NCBI GenBank assembly: GCA_964106915.2
Contig: OZ066919.1
Direction: 5' to 3' (one strand)
Origin: Podarcis gaigeae
Taxonomy: Eukaryota
Length of the DNA stretch: 64,000 nucleotides
Part shown: positions 13,721 through 28,149 of the stretch, in pieces
Position numbering within the stretch: the first letter of the stretch is position 1
Layout of the letters: the number at the start of each line of letters is the position of its first letter
Made by a program: the position numbers and the translations under genes
Notes under the pieces: generated by a model
The model's database searches: none
Told to the model about the DNA's origin: nothing
What the model saw: the letters and a program-made list of their open reading frames with translations, nothing else

Positions 13721-16700
13721 TGTTTTTAGTTGCTGATGCATACAACACGACTGAGGAGAATACAAACAAGTTAAGTTTATTTTGTCTTCGGGGGAGGGGA
13801 AGCCTGAAAATTTGGGTTTTAATTCCTTTGGGCAACAGATTTTCTCCTCCTGTGTTGTTCTTTTTTAGCGTAGTTGTGCAGTGTTTTAAGAATATTTTCA
13901 TAAAGCCGGAAGCCTTTTATGACAGTATGAATTAAGTCAAAAGTTAATGTATGCTGCTACAAAAGAAATATGGTCTAGTAATAAACAAAGGGAGCAAACC
14001 TCTAAAAAAGCAAACATTTATAAGTGTATTAAAAACTAGTAACAAATTCCCCCTCCCCTCTGAAACTCTGTTGCCTATCACTCCATACCAGTACATTGTT
14101 CATGCAAAAAAATAGAATAACTTAAACTGAAGCCAAATTCTATAATTTTTGAGTCTTGTAAATATCATAATCATATTATATACCGTATACAGTTCTTGAG
14201 ATATAGCCTGCAATAAGGATCTTTTGTGCAGCCCCCTCCCCCCCCAAAAAAAGTCACCTTGGAGTTTCTGGGAACTCCTTTTTACAAAGCGGGACAACTC
14301 AGACAAAGTGTTGCTTGCTAAACAGATGTAATACACAAAGTCTGCTTAGAATAAAGGGCAGCAGACTGTGCGCACATGTTTTGGTTTCATTCATGCTCAT
14401 CAGCATAGTCTAGCTAGTTGTTTTTGCTCATCTACTTATGGGCTGTCTTAGTACAATTTTCTGGTATAGTAACAAGGAGTGGGAGGTTGGGGGGATTGGC
14501 CACAAAAGTTTGCTGCAAGGGCTCCTGGGAAATATATTTGCAGACATCTTCTCACAAAGGCTGACTGCTTCCTGGCTTAGACAGAGTGTTGCCTGATAAA
14601 CAGACTTAACACAGAAATGTCTGTCTGGAATAAACAACAGCAAGCTTTGATTTACATTTCTATTATCAAAGATAATCTCTTTCCCAGTGTATGGGAATTA
14701 AGAGTCCTCTCACAAAAATGAGGCTAGGGTTGCTGTGATTTTACCACTGTGTGGAACCTTTTTTCTCAGGAGTTAATGGGATACAACTTAGGTAAATAGA
14801 GTTGCTGAAAAGGAAAGGACTTTGAAGTTAAGGGGTAGGGTAGCGCAGTGAAGAGCACTTGAGCAACAAGTTGAATATACTGTACCTGTATCTATACTGC
14901 TGAGGGAAAATTGGAAGCTGATGTAAGTTGCAGGTGGTAAGCAAATACACCTAATTATTTTTTTTCCAAATGCCCACCTTAGGCTAGGGATGGGGATTTG
15001 CGGGGGGGGGGGGTTAGGGAACACTGTTGGAGTACCCTCAGGCAGTCCTGCATCTCTTTATACTTACCCAAGAAAGCGCACAGACTTATCCTAGAGTTTC
15101 CTCCATGGTGTAAAGCTTCATTTTCTTGCCATTAATGGCTCTGTCCTCTCCATCCACATCACTGAAACTGGAAATTCCTGTCCTCACCATACTTCTTTCT
15201 GAGTCCTTTGATTATATACGTAGCAAGGGATCACACCTCCATTTTCTGAAAAGCATTCGTGGGGGAAATAAGCCATCCCACAAAGTTCTGCCTGTTATTC
15301 AAATCAGGCTCCCAATTGACACTCCCAGTGACTACTACTCTCAGAAAACTATACAAATGTGCTACCTTGCCTCTACCTATTGGGTTTTTAGATGTTAAGA
15401 GACATGAATGTTGTCCCATAGCATCGTTCTTTGACTCCATGAAACTAAAATATGTATAACCTAGTCCTAAACATGTTTATTCATACATAGTTGGGTGCTG
15501 TTGGATTCACTGAGAGTTCCTTCACCATGTATATGTTCAGTATTGCAACTCATGACAGCAAAAGCAATTTCCATGCGTGAAAGAAAAGCCACATTTGGGC
15601 AAAGATCAGAGATAGTATATATTCCTCTTCCCCCCAAAATAATTTCAGTGGATATATTTGACATACTTTGCTCAATGAATATGTGATCTGTAGCCATAAA
15701 CTAGCCCATAGTATTATTTTCCTTCAATCTTCTACTCATAGTCTTCTGCACATGTTTATTTATAAATGTCATTATTATTCATTACGAATAATGACTTTTT
15801 GGGTTTGAATCACCTGCCATCTTCTCAGTTCCAATGGTTAATGGGTTTATAGGTTTATCCCCAAGTTGTCAGGGGAAAAATAGAGAGTAGAATTCTTTGA
15901 ATCAAAAAGGTCAAAAGGCTTTTTCTATGTTAGAGAAAGAGGCTGCAGCTTTCTGTGGTTTTTAGAGACTGATAAAGTTTCAGGATCCGAGTTAGGATTT
16001 TGATATAATATTACTGTGCCTGTGAAAGTCAAGAAATCCTGTCTAAGGGCTAAAAAGTCTCAGAAAACCTGATCATGAAATCAGATGCTGCATCAGAAGA
16101 AGAAAGTTTGGCTCGTCTGTCATGCCATTTCTCTCATTAGACACAGTATATTCATCAAAAGTAGAGGAAATATATGTGATTACTAGGGGCTGTCTTCCTT
16201 TCTGTTGTTGCCCACCTACCCATCCACCCCTTGCTAATTCCCTCCCTTGACACCTTGCCCCAAGCCCTATCCCCTCCCAACTTTCTCCAACCCACTTCAC
16301 TTCACAGCCCCTTCTCCTTCACCATCCCAGCCTACCTACCAACCCCTCCCAAGCCATTGCCAACCCAGTTCCCTCTCAGTTTGTCCCAAACTCTCCCCTT
16401 GCAATGCATCCCAAGATCCCCCTGTTGCTGCCACCATTGACAATGGAAAGGAGAATGGAGAAGAGAAAGTCCACTTAGAGACTCCACAGTATAATTCCTT
16501 GGGAGCAGCGCCATATAACTAGCTTATACAGCCCCGGAAAAGCTTATCTATAGGCTTTTTACACCTTCCAATACTGTGATGTTTATGATTTGTTGGAATC
16601 CACCAGCAAACGTTTCCTCAAACTAGATTACTGGATGTGTGTGACTAATAATTTACTTCACTATAATGGCTCTATCTCCATCTGTAATAAATTAAAGTCT

Positions 16701-19135
16701 CACTTTAATAATACCGGGCACAATCTGCTTTTAAATCCCATTGATTTCAGCGGCAGAGTTATGTATATGTTTAACTTTCTTCCATTGACGTTAATGAGAT
16801 TTTAAAATTATTATGTTTAGTTGGATCAGAACTGCCCTGTTTTCATAATAATTTTATAATTATTTATCTTACCTGCCCTAACAACAATAAAACCTGCTTT
16901 GAGGGGAACACCAATTTAGTATGTATATGGTTATGCATTTTTGCATGATTCTTAATTTATGTAGGTGGTGGAATATAACTCTGCCTCTGTGTGTTTGTGT
17001 ATATGAGTGTGTGTGTGGAGGGAGAAAAAAAATAAATGAATGGCTAACCTGAATTTATATTAAGTAATAATATTAAGTAATATTAATTTAATTCAAATGT
17101 GGATGAAAATTTCTTTCATTTACATAAATTAAATATGTTATCTACTCTGCACATTGATTTCACTGGATATGTTTTGTGTGCATCAGAACACAAAGTGTGT
17201 AATATACTGTAAAAGCTGGATTTTGAGTTATCTTTTTAGCAATCCAAAATAGGGAAGTTACAGTCAGCATACTATTGAATAGGGCTGTGGTGTGTGAACC
17301 AAATGAAAACCCTCTGCTGTGTACTTTGCATTTTTAGGACTGCTCTGTGAATTTCCTCTTTAATAACCAAACACTGAAACTCTTGACTGTGTCAAATCAT
17401 CTTCAGTATCTGAATAAAAATCAAGGAAACAGAATTATATTTTGTTTTGAAACATTTTGGTAGTTTGCTTTTTTCAGAGCCATAGTTCCCATGTTTAATC
17501 CTGATGGTAGCCGAAAAGACTGAAGGGTCTTTTCAAAAACAGAATAAATTTAAAGATAGCCAGGATGAAAAAAGAAGGTCAGAAAAAGTATAAACATTGG
17601 GATAAATTTGTGACATCCAAGCTTTATTGTATTTCAAATCCAAGAACAACATAGTATAATTTTATATTCCTTGTTTGCAACATAATATCATAATATCCTT
17701 TTACATTACTTGTTTATATATAATACTTCATTCTGATATTAATGTAATTGTACATGTCAATCAGTATTATATATTTTAGACCCTAGAAGGCACTGAACTC
17801 CAGTATAGTTGGGTGTTTCTTGATGCTGCTGTTTTTGTTTTGAGGGGCAATAAATATTGTCTAGCTTCCTAGCTGTTTCCTCTAAGTGCTCCATGCCATG
17901 ATATGGGAGGTCAAGTTTTAAATGCACCAATTTCTGACAAAGAAAATTAGCACCATTTTCTGCAGCAGACACAGAAATAATAATCCTGTAATGGCTTGAT
18001 TTGAATAGAAATACCATGTCACCCACAAAACTCTGCAATGCTTACAAATCTATCATCTTGCTGAAGTAGGCCTTAAACACAACTATGAGACTGTTCTGAC
18101 CAATTTTGATGCCCATTTCATCCACAAGAGAAATGTAGTTTATAGGAGGACTGGCTTCCATCAAAGAGCTCAGAAGCCATAACCTGGATAATCTCCTAAA
18201 TCATGCAGTAGTTGTCGAAATGGCACTATGGAGAGTTGGAGAAACAGAATGTTTTGGGACATTGATCCTGTGGACTTTGTTTTAATACCTTACACCAAAG
18301 CATGAATCATACGGACAGCATGCAGAATCTCCATACCCTTCTCCCCCCAAAATGGAAATTAAGCTGGAAAGAATGGAGGAATGCGATAATAGGAAGTATT
18401 GTAGCATGAACCATTGGTCCCAGATATCAAGACAACTGAGAAAATAAAACATTTGTAGATCTGAAAAAGCATAATGATACTGTAGTCAGAAAAAAACAAA
18501 CCATGTTATTGCAACCTTATAACATGTTGCTGCTCTATTCTTGTTTTAAAAAAATGATAAGATTCTTGTCTTGCTTCCTGACTAGTGTGTCCTCTAAGCC
18601 TTCCGTGGCAAAAGTGGTATACAATTATATATAAATTTAAAAACAAAACAGTGTGACCCAATAGCATTTAAAAGAATAGCATACAAATAGTTAGCAACTC
18701 CTGCAGCCCAGTCATAAACACATTTACTCAGATGTAGGTCGCATGTGGGTTATTCCTAAGTAGGGGTGCATAGGATTACAGAATTAGAATTTTAACGTGC
18801 AAGCCATTTCATCTTAAATGACAGTATAATAATACTATCTCACAACACTGAAATTTGGCACAGTGCTAGATGAATTGTTTATTTTTTTAATCATTTTCGT
18901 TTCTTTTAGAAAAATCAAGGAAAAATTATTTGTTAATGTTTGGCAATAAAGACACTAATTCTGAAATCCACTATGTCACTAACAGTTTGGTTCAACTGAA
19001 CACACATTGAAAAAATGCATTTGAATTAAACTTATTTTAGATGTTTAGATGTACAATTGTAAATATACACATTGTTTTGTGTACTTTAATTAGCTATAGT
19101 TTCTTAGTTGATACGGGCTTGTCTATTTTACTCTA

Positions 19136-19366
19136 CAGTGATACCTCGGGTTACAGACACTTCAGGTTACAGACGCTTCAGGTTATAGACTCCGCTAAGC
19201 CAGAAATAGTACCTTGGGTTGAGAACTTTGCTTCAGGATGAGAACAGAAATCGGGCAGCAGGAGCGGGAGGCCCCATTAGCTGAAATGGTACCTCAGGTT
19301 AAGAACAGTTTCAGGTTAAGAATGGACCTCCAGAATGAATTAAGTTCTTAACCCGAGGTACCATTG
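19136..19366. mobile_element. Tigger/pogo-like MITE, copy 2, orientation B
   Basis: TA|CAGTGATACCTCGGGTTA ... TAACCCGAGGTACCATTG|TA; reverse complement of copy 1. Confidence 0.9.
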
Positions 19367-20902
19367 TATAACAAATGCATATTGACAGGAGGTGCGGGGG
19401 GGGGGGGAATCCATACGGAGTATCAAAAGTTTCTTTATGGTAGTCTGATAATTAAAATATTCATTAGCTTAAAAGCTAGCACGCTTTTCAAAAAGTAATA
19501 CGTTATCATAGTTTGACCCAAAGTCATCAGCAGTACTTCTTCTTTCGTGCTGTTAATACCTCAAGGGCGGTGTTATCACTTCATAGCAATAGAAGTAAGA
19601 TTTTCAATTTAATCACAGTATGGTGTTATGACCTTTTGATCTTGTGTGGAGTTCTCTCTAAAATGTGGTCAAATTTCAGACTTTTTCACTGCACCTTGGA
19701 AATTCAAGGTGAAGTCAACTCAAGGGTTGCCACAAGCATAAGCTTCTCTCTATCAATGCCAATTAGACAGAAGGGGGATCTGTAACAAAATGCAGGTTTC
19801 AGCCAGCCATGCTTTCTTCCATGATATTATAAGTTGCAGGGGGCTGAAGCAGGGCATTTCATTCCTTCTGCAGGCTCACACATACAATTTCCTGGTTTTC
19901 TCTTCCAGCTGACACTCAGCAGTCATGACTACTGAGCACTGAGCATGCTCAGATGACATTGGTCCATTTCTTTTTTGTGGGATTGCCCACTTCAGATATT
20001 TTCAATGTCCCTTGTACTTCTGGAAACCTCAAGGTTTCCCAGAGCATTGCTGATAATTCCTTCTTGTTTCTCATTGGCTCTTCTTTGGCACCAAGGTCCT
20101 GTTTTGGTACCAGAATCTATCACCATTCACCACTTGAGTTCACCACTTAAAGAGAGCAATAGATGGCTTTTCTGAGCATTTTTGGCTAACTCTCAGAAAG
20201 GCACAGGTATGGGAAGCTCTTCCACGAGCCGTCTTTCCCCCCAGTTTTCATCCTCCCCAGCTTCACACACTATCTAGGTTAAAAGAAGAAAGGAAAATAG
20301 CAGGTGTGATCCCCAGCTCTGGGAACCTGGGTCATTGGCATCAAGAACCAGAGAGGTTTCTAGGGTTTAGGAACAGGTTTCTCAGGCTGGAAAAGAATGA
20401 TAACTTTCAATCCCCATAGCTCTTTATTCAGGCTGAAATTCATTCAGAAGCTTCTGTGAATTAAAGCAGCTGATTAAGCCTGCACTTTCATACAAAGGTA
20501 GTTAATAATGCAAACATGAAAAGGTTAATGTCTCAACAGCAAGTTGTTAGGCTATTGAAAAATAATGACATTGCAGTATTAGGGAATCTCACATGCTCCA
20601 AACCCACACTGGATTACAAAGCCAAATTCTTTGCCTGACGGCATGGTTTTTCAAAGTTTTCTATAATTACGAATTTTGGTTTCAGATTTTGTAGAATCTA
20701 TTCTACAACAAAGTTTGATTAATGGAAAACTATGTAATGTAATCTGATTACTCCATTAAAGTTCAGTGAAAATATAATACTGTATATTCTATCAGATGGA
20801 AATATAGAGAGATTGCAATATATATCATCTAAAGCCTGGAACTTGGAAATCTTATTTCCACAACCGATTACTATAATTTTTGGGCATTTTTATGTTTTTT
20901 AG

Positions 20903-20968
20903 ATTCAAGTCAGTCTGAAAGTCCAAGCCAGCCAAGTGAAGCTGATATCAAGGACCAGCCAGAAAATG
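20903..20968 (+). CDS. NFIA: NFIA internal coding exon (exon 3; 66 nt, phase 1-1)
   Basis: Acceptor ttttatgttttttAG (20901-02), donor G|GTAAGT (20969). Translates (D)[21 protein letters not shown](G), recognised as NFIA just after the DNA-binding domain. Joins the next exon in frame. Confidence 0.96.
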
Positions 20969-23254
20969 GTAAGTATGTACCTGTTGCTGCCTTAGATTCT
21001 TTGAGTCCATATCTGTTTGGGTTTTCCCCAGGCAAAATTAGACTTGTACTGTCTCTTAGCAGCAAGTGCCTTACCTGAGCTGTGTGGAGTTGGTTGTGAT
21101 TAGCAAGGTCAGCAGAGCCCAACAATCCCCACCTACTGATCACACACACACACCCTTCACTGCTAGTTACCACCCTCCCTCTTCTCCGATATAAGAGTAT
21201 TTTTTTTCTTGAGGAAGGGGATCAGCTGGCTGGGACATGCAAGAACTGAATGGGACCTGCAAGAACTGTACTGTTCGAGTGCTGAAGATGAACACACACA
21301 AAAGCCACTGACTTAAGCACTTGAGCAGCTCAGTTGATTTGGGGGGGAAGTCAGGTGGGTGATGACACTTTGTTACTTTCCTCGCTGAGACTTAAGCATG
21401 TGCCATTTTGAACATAGCCTTTCCCAGTCAGCAGATTTGCTTTAGATCTTCATTAAGAACAGGTTCAGCATTCCTCGTAATGTATGGAATATTGTGGGTG
21501 AGTAGCTTCTGCAACACAAATCAGTAAGATGCAAACTGCACCAGCTATTCCTTGAATGTGCCAAGGAATGTAAAAGCAGCAGCAAAACACACACGATATT
21601 TGAAGAGCTGGGTGCCATTTCAAGTTGAAGAGGATTGAATCCCAGGAAGTCCTTGTGCAAACGGAATGAATCCCACTAGTGCATTGGAACCCCCTCCCTC
21701 TTCTCCCAGTATGTGTCCCCCTCCCAAACCCCTCCTAAATCTGTTCTGAAGAACATATTGGGAAGCAAGGGGAAGGAATGGAATGTTCCACTGCACAAGT
21801 AGAAATTGTTTTTCTCATGCAAGGACTCAGACACAACGCAGGAGCTCGAGTCCTTAAAAAAGCAAAAAGCAAAAAGAAGTTGTTTGAAATCCTGATTTCC
21901 TATTACTTCTTTTAGATTAAAAAACATAAACAAACAAAAGTAGAAGACAGCAATGAAAATGTATCAGGAGACATTCTTTAACCTGCGTTCAGCCTTGATA
22001 GATCTGGGCCCCTCTCTTTTAAGAACTCTTTTTCCTCCATGGTGAATTCATGCCATTGCATGCTTTTGTCTAAACATTTTGTTAACATTGTCTTTTTAAA
22101 TAAAGATTAAGATAAACTTGACGATTCATAATTTCCCCCCATCAAACTACATCAAATTTATTAGAATATGTATGGGGACATGGTATGCCTTTCAAACTTT
22201 ATGAAGGCCTTTCAAGCATTTTGAAAAGAAGTCAAGCCCTCTTGAAGGAGGAGGGAGATGGTATTTATAGAACTGTGCAAAGATTAGTGCTGGGATAGTG
22301 AAATAGAACATGACAGGAGTTCAAGTCCAGCAAAGCTCTTACTCATCATGCATAACTGTCATTTGACAGACAGAAATTGATAGTACAAGTTTTAACCATA
22401 AAGTTGGGGTTTTTTTCCAAGGAATTGGCTGCTTTTATATGTAAATGCAAACAGGACAGTATACATTAGTGCAGCTGTGCGCCAATGTTTACTGAATTAA
22501 TTGCTCATTAAATAAATGTAGAGATTTTAGATTCCGCCCCCCCCCCAAAAAAAGTTATTTAGCATCTAAATTGATACTAATTGTAATTCCAGTGCTTTCT
22601 TTGTGCTTTGAGTTGCAATTCCTTAACTGTACCTCAGTAAAGGAAAGGCACCTTGTTCTTCCTAACAGTAAAAAGTGCTAAATAATGGCACACAGCTACT
22701 CACGGAACTAGTTTGTCAACCCTTGTGATAATCGTATTCATCCATCCACTTATTTATTTATTTATTTAGATAGGGATGTGCATGCATTCGATTTAAGCAG
22801 GTTTAAATCAGTAAGAGGGCACTTCAAACTTTCCCATTAGAAGCAATGGGACTTTAAATGTGTTAAACTTGGGCTGAATGGTGGTCCAACAAAACCTATT
22901 GGACATCAAAGACATTATGGCTGTAGATACTTATATTATCATGGCAAACAAAGATACTAGAAGACCACCCTGCCTTTCCTAAGAAAGTCAGGATGCAGAC
23001 CATATGACTGATGGAACCCAGCAGGATATGCAAATACTTTTCAAGGTAATGTCCCAGTTTTATGACTGAGAAAGGTGTGCTGAAACAAAGAGCTTAATCC
23101 TTTCCCCTCATACTATTTCCCCTCTAAAAACCACTCTGAAGCTGCTCTGAAGCTGGGAGATACATTGGAGGGACTGGCTTCACAGCAGAAAAATAGCCCA
23201 AGCAGAAAGTGTTAAATAGCTCTTTCCCACCCTCCACTTCCATTCCTGCTTTGC

Positions 23255-23256
<2 letters not shown>

Positions 23257-23297
<41 letters not shown>
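23257..23297. repeat. (GA)n microsatellite
   Basis: Direct reading. Confidence 0.95.
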
Positions 23298-23299
<2 letters not shown>

Positions 23300-24457
23300 T
23301 TACATGCAGTTGTGTATCATGTAGAAATCGGCCCTAACCTTACAATAATGTCATTGCTATGCATGACTGTCTTTCCTAAGGCTGCCCCTTCATTGTAGAA
23401 GATAGATCAATATCTCAGAGAGACTTTGATGAAATCAGAGAATGACTCTCCTGGCATTTGCATGTTGAACCCAGTCTCATACTGCATTGCCATAATTCAA
23501 TTGAATGCATGTTGAAATGATAAGTAATGCAGTTAAAAAGTGGTTCGTGTCATCTTGCTAACATTCTTACAGAACCTCATCTTTATACACATGCTTTTGA
23601 ATATTGTTCAGGATAAGGTTTTGCTCGAAGCTGCCATATTTATCACAATATGGAAGCAAACATTTTGGCTTATAATATCATTTAAATTGCAGTTCAAGAA
23701 CTACAAATTCTGGAGTAGCTATTCCTTTAAGATAAATTAGTAGGAGGAAAGAGTTAATAACAAGTAAAGAAGGTAGAAAGGGTGCCCAGTCACATGACTG
23801 AGAAATAGAGCTGAATTATGGATATAGAGATTTATTCATTACAAATGTAACAGGAAACCATGGTTTCCCATTGTAAGACTTCCACTATAAGCCTTGTGGT
23901 TGTTCACTCCTCCTTTCCTCTTGTCCTTCATACATGAGGAGTGGAGATTAAAAACTTTGACCCTTGGTTTTGAATAAATCAGTTTCCTACTCATATGATT
24001 CATCTCTAACATAACCAATAGTTGGCTATCTGTTCACCTTTCTTGTGGTTTCAAGTGGCTTCTCACTGATAAAGCACCAAAACTGAATTGATAAGATAAA
24101 TGTACTAGGTGAAGATCAGTTCCAACATGAACCATAAAACCATCTCTGTGCAAAGTGTATGTTCTCCATAGATTTGCACCCTTACTGATTCATGTCTGGT
24201 ACAGAAGTCACTGGCACTCACCAGTGCACTATGCCACAATCTGCTTACCCATGCCAGCACTGTGCACAAGAACAGCAAACACTCTTTACTTCATGCATTA
24301 CCCAGCCATAATAAAGTGTTTTCCTTCCTTTATTGCTTCTAATCCCAAATTCTGAAGTTGTTAATCCTATTTCTAGAACTTTGAGGGACAGGAGAGGTGA
24401 CTACATAGAAAACTGTTGGAAAAACTACTAAGCAACCTTTCCCCTGCTCTAGAAGTA

Positions 24458-25056
24458 CTTTTTTTAAATTTTTTTTTAATTAAAAAATATTTATTTATAC
24501 AACAAGAAAAAACAAGAAAACACACACACACAAAAAAACCCCACAAGTATCAAATTACACACAAATTACAAAAATAACCATAGACGCATAATTTTCTTGA
24601 CAAACAATAAAACATCTATTGGTCTTAACACTAAAGACCCAACTTCCCGTCTATTCCATATTTCAAGTTCAAATTACTTATTGCCAATACACATTTTTTT
24701 CATAATTAAACTTATTCTCAATAAATCTAATTTCTTCTCTCTACCTAGCAACTATTACTGAAGTTCCTCGAATGCTGCAACAGAATTTAAACTACTATAT
24801 TTATTTTTCAGATATTATTTGAAAACCTCCCATTTAGAAACAAATTCCTGTTTGGATTTATTCTTTATTTTTTCTGATAAACCATCTAATTCGGCATATT
24901 CTGTCAGCTTTTGGATCCAATCTTGTATAGAGGGGATTTCATTACTCTTCCATTTTGCTGCGATCAAAACTCTTGCTGCCGCCGTCGCATATAAAAAGAT
25001 ACCCTTCCTCTTTTGTGGAAGTACTTTTGTATATTGGCTATTTGTGAAAATTACCA
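24458..25056 (-). mobile_element. L1/Tx1-type LINE 3' end (ORF2 C-terminus, 3'UTR, A-rich tail)
   Basis: ORF 24815..25057 reads FLYATAAARVLIAAKWKSNEIPSIQDWIQKL...AEL...FVSKWEVF, matching the non-mammalian L1 ORF2 C-terminal pattern. T-rich tail and TTTATT on + at about 24458-24500. Confidence 0.8.
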
Positions 25057-25058
25057 TA

Positions 25059-25290
25059 CAGTGGTACCTCAGTTTATGAACTTAATCCATTCTGGAAGTC
25101 CGTTCTTAAACCGAAACTGTTCTTAAACCGAGGCGTGCTTTCCCATATGAGGCCTGTTGCCACCGGTTCCCTTCCACTGTTTGGATTCTGTTCTTAGACC
25201 AAGGTGAAGTTCTCAAAAACTTCCAGTTTTGCGGAGTTTGTAAACCGAATCGTTCATAAACAGGACTGTTCTTAAACCGAGGTACCACTG
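25059..25290. mobile_element. Tigger/pogo-like MITE, copy 3, orientation A (AAACCGA variant)
   Basis: TA|CAGTGGTACCTCAGTTTA ... TAAACCGAGGTACCACTG|TA; abuts the truncated 5' end of the L1 fragment. Confidence 0.9.
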
Positions 25291-26617
25291 TACTGTATAT
25301 TTTTTAAAATGCATATAGCTTGGATATGCTATTGCATATTTAGTGTGTTTTCGTAATAAAGTCAGAAGTATGCAATTATTTGCAAAGGTCTTTTATGTTA
25401 TAGTCAGTCTTATACAGTTACTCCCCCGATCATAAATCTTGTGCAGGTTTACTGGTAACATAACTCCCATTGACTTCAGCAAGACTTTCCCTGACATAAG
25501 TGTGCACAGGATTCCAGCCATAGTCTGGCTGTTGGCATCACTGCCATTCTGCTGTAGAGCTCCCGTGGAAGTTGGCTGTCAATCCAACGTCATATCGGGG
25601 AGTCACTCAAGGTCAGTTCTCAAGACAATGTTCAGGCCAAACATGAAGGCTGCCTCACCAGTGACCTACAGGTTGCAAGAGCTGCAAATTGACAGAGCAC
25701 TTTGAATGTCACAGCTGTTAACCATTAACCTCCGCAAGAAACACATTCTGATAAAAAAGAAATCATCCAAGCAAATACTGACACAAAGTACTGATAGCAT
25801 GAAGCAAATGTCTGTGGCCTGACCACATGGTGCCTGAAGAACATGACATACTCATTGCACTTTGAAGTTAGTCTCTGTGAAGGAATAGGCAATGTAGCAA
25901 AAATAAGTATCTGGTTTCTCAAGACAGGAGAGAACACACACACAGACACATACATATATATGTAGTCACAATCCAAGAATCACTTATTACATGTCCAGTG
26001 GGACACCTCCATGCTGTTTCACATTCAGTTTGCTTCTCAACTTATTCATAGAGCAGGTTTTGTTCAAAACCGACTAGGGTCAAGGCATTTAGAACACATA
26101 TTTATTCCTTATAGCCTGTCCATCAATTAAGATAATCTTCTCTAAGTGTGGCTCCTCCTTGGAAATTAGGTGAGTGACTACCAGAGGACATGCTTTTTCT
26201 CGTGTGCCAAACAAACTCTGGAACTTTCCTCCTAGGCATGGCTGAGGGTTGCTTCATTGCACTGAGAGACGTGTGCTCAGTTTTCATGTTCTTTTAGAGA
26301 TGACCTTTTAATTGGTTTAGTTTCTATTTTTATCTTGCTGAATGTTTATTGTGTTTATCTATTGTAAGCTTTATTGGTGTTTTAATCCAATTTATTATTT
26401 ATTATGTTTCTGATATGGATTTGGTTTACAGGCACTTAACAAAAGACAAGGTATAAATCTTTGTAAGTGAATAAATGATGGAAGGAAGGAGAGTTTGAGA
26501 ACAATCCTGTACCCACACAGGAAGATAGCTGGGTGTTAGGGCCATTCCAGAAGTGGGTACCTGCAAGGGAAAATGCTGTAGGCAGGTAATAAAGAAGATT
26601 TAATCATAAAAATTGTA

Positions 26618-26858
26618 CAGTGGTACTTCTGGTTACGAACTAAATTCGTTCTGGAGGTCTGTTCTTAACCTGAAACTGTTCTTAACTAGAAGCATGCTTT
26701 CGCTAATGGGGCCTCTTGCTGCTGCTGCACCGCCAGCACACGATTTCCGTTCTCATCCTGAAGCAAAGTTCTTAACTCGAGGTAACTCTTCCAGGTTAGC
26801 TGAATTTGTAAGCTGAAGCGTTTGTAATCTGAGGCGTTTGTAACTCGAGGTACCACTG
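26618..26858. mobile_element. Tigger/pogo-like MITE, copy 4, orientation A
   Basis: TA|CAGTGGTACTTCTGGTTA ... TAACTCGAGGTACCACTG|TA; colinear with copy 1. Confidence 0.9.
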
Positions 26859-28149
26859 TACTTGTTCAGCAAGAATTCCAAGGAGGATAATATAGAGAAA
26901 CATAAGTTTTTGTTTGTTTGTTTGTTTGTTTGTTTGTTTTTGTTCTGTTTTGTTTTTTACTGTGACTGTACTTCAAAATGGTTGTGCAGATATGAAACTG
27001 AGTTCTAAATCTTTCATCATATGTAATATGATTCTACAGCAGTAGACTCCCAAAACAGCCCCAAAAGTTTCTTCCTTAAAAATGTCTCAAGCTGTGCTAC
27101 AAATTAGTGTATCTTTTGCTGTCAACCCAGTAACCCTTGTCCTCAATTTGCATACCATAGCTTCTTTTTTAACTCCCTCGTTTAACAGGTCCAATGAAAG
27201 ACCTGTTACTTGCAGTGAAATACAATAATTAGCCACTTATTTCCTGTTTCGTGTATTAATTGAAAGGGCTTGCACTGTAAATATAGAACCTGTAGATAAA
27301 AGTGCACTCTAAAAATCAGTCAGTTAATAGAAGTATTCATTACTTGGTCGTAATTAAGGAAGAGTTCTGAGACAGAGGTATGTGTAAAAGTTTTATAGGT
27401 TTCTTCCTTCCTCATCCATTTTTATACTTCCTCTTATAAAAAGCTTATCCATTGACTTTAGAAGTGCTGAGAGGTTATTGTCTCGTGAGCAGGCCTGTCA
27501 TCTTGTGAGGAATTTTACATTAGCAGTTATAGACTCTTCCTCTTATACCTCTGCACATGAAGAGCCAAAATGAGGGGAAAGAGAAAGAAGGAAGAGAATT
27601 TCTGTTTTGACTTAGAGAGGATTTAAAGTTTGCTCACATTCGCCTTTAGCAGTCACAGGGAAAGCCTAACAGATGCCACTTCATCCTTTGTCAAGTGGCT
27701 GTGTTAGGGCTTCGCCACTTCTCTACAAGTCGCCTAAAAATGTGAGCTAGTGGTGGCTTGCCGAAAGCGAGGCCAGGTTATGTCAGAGTGTATACTGGGG
27801 CACTGCCTGGACTTCTTCATGTTAAATGTCTGCAAACTGGGTACTAAAACAACCCTGAAAGGGAACTGAAATCTGGCTTTAGTGAATGAGAGCGCAGTTT
27901 GGGGATATGGTGGGGATAGCAATAAATGGAATTGTTTTGCTCAAATGTCTTGTTGAACCATTTTTTTAAAAAAAAAAATCAAATTCCTCCACCCTGTATG
28001 GATTCCGAAGTCCATTGCAGGCTTCAAAACAGAGCCCAGGATGGTAGCTAAACTTAGCATGGCATGTGCAGCAGCCCTGTACAATGTAAAGACACCATTA
28101 TGCCACATCAGATGCTTTCTTGCTCTTTCCTGGAAAGCCCCAAACTGGA

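Noticed and set aside
18855-18869. NFI autoregulatory site TTGGCACAGTGCTAG
   Set aside because: Second half-site has two mismatches to GCCAA; I found no full TTGGC(N5)GCCAA by eye.
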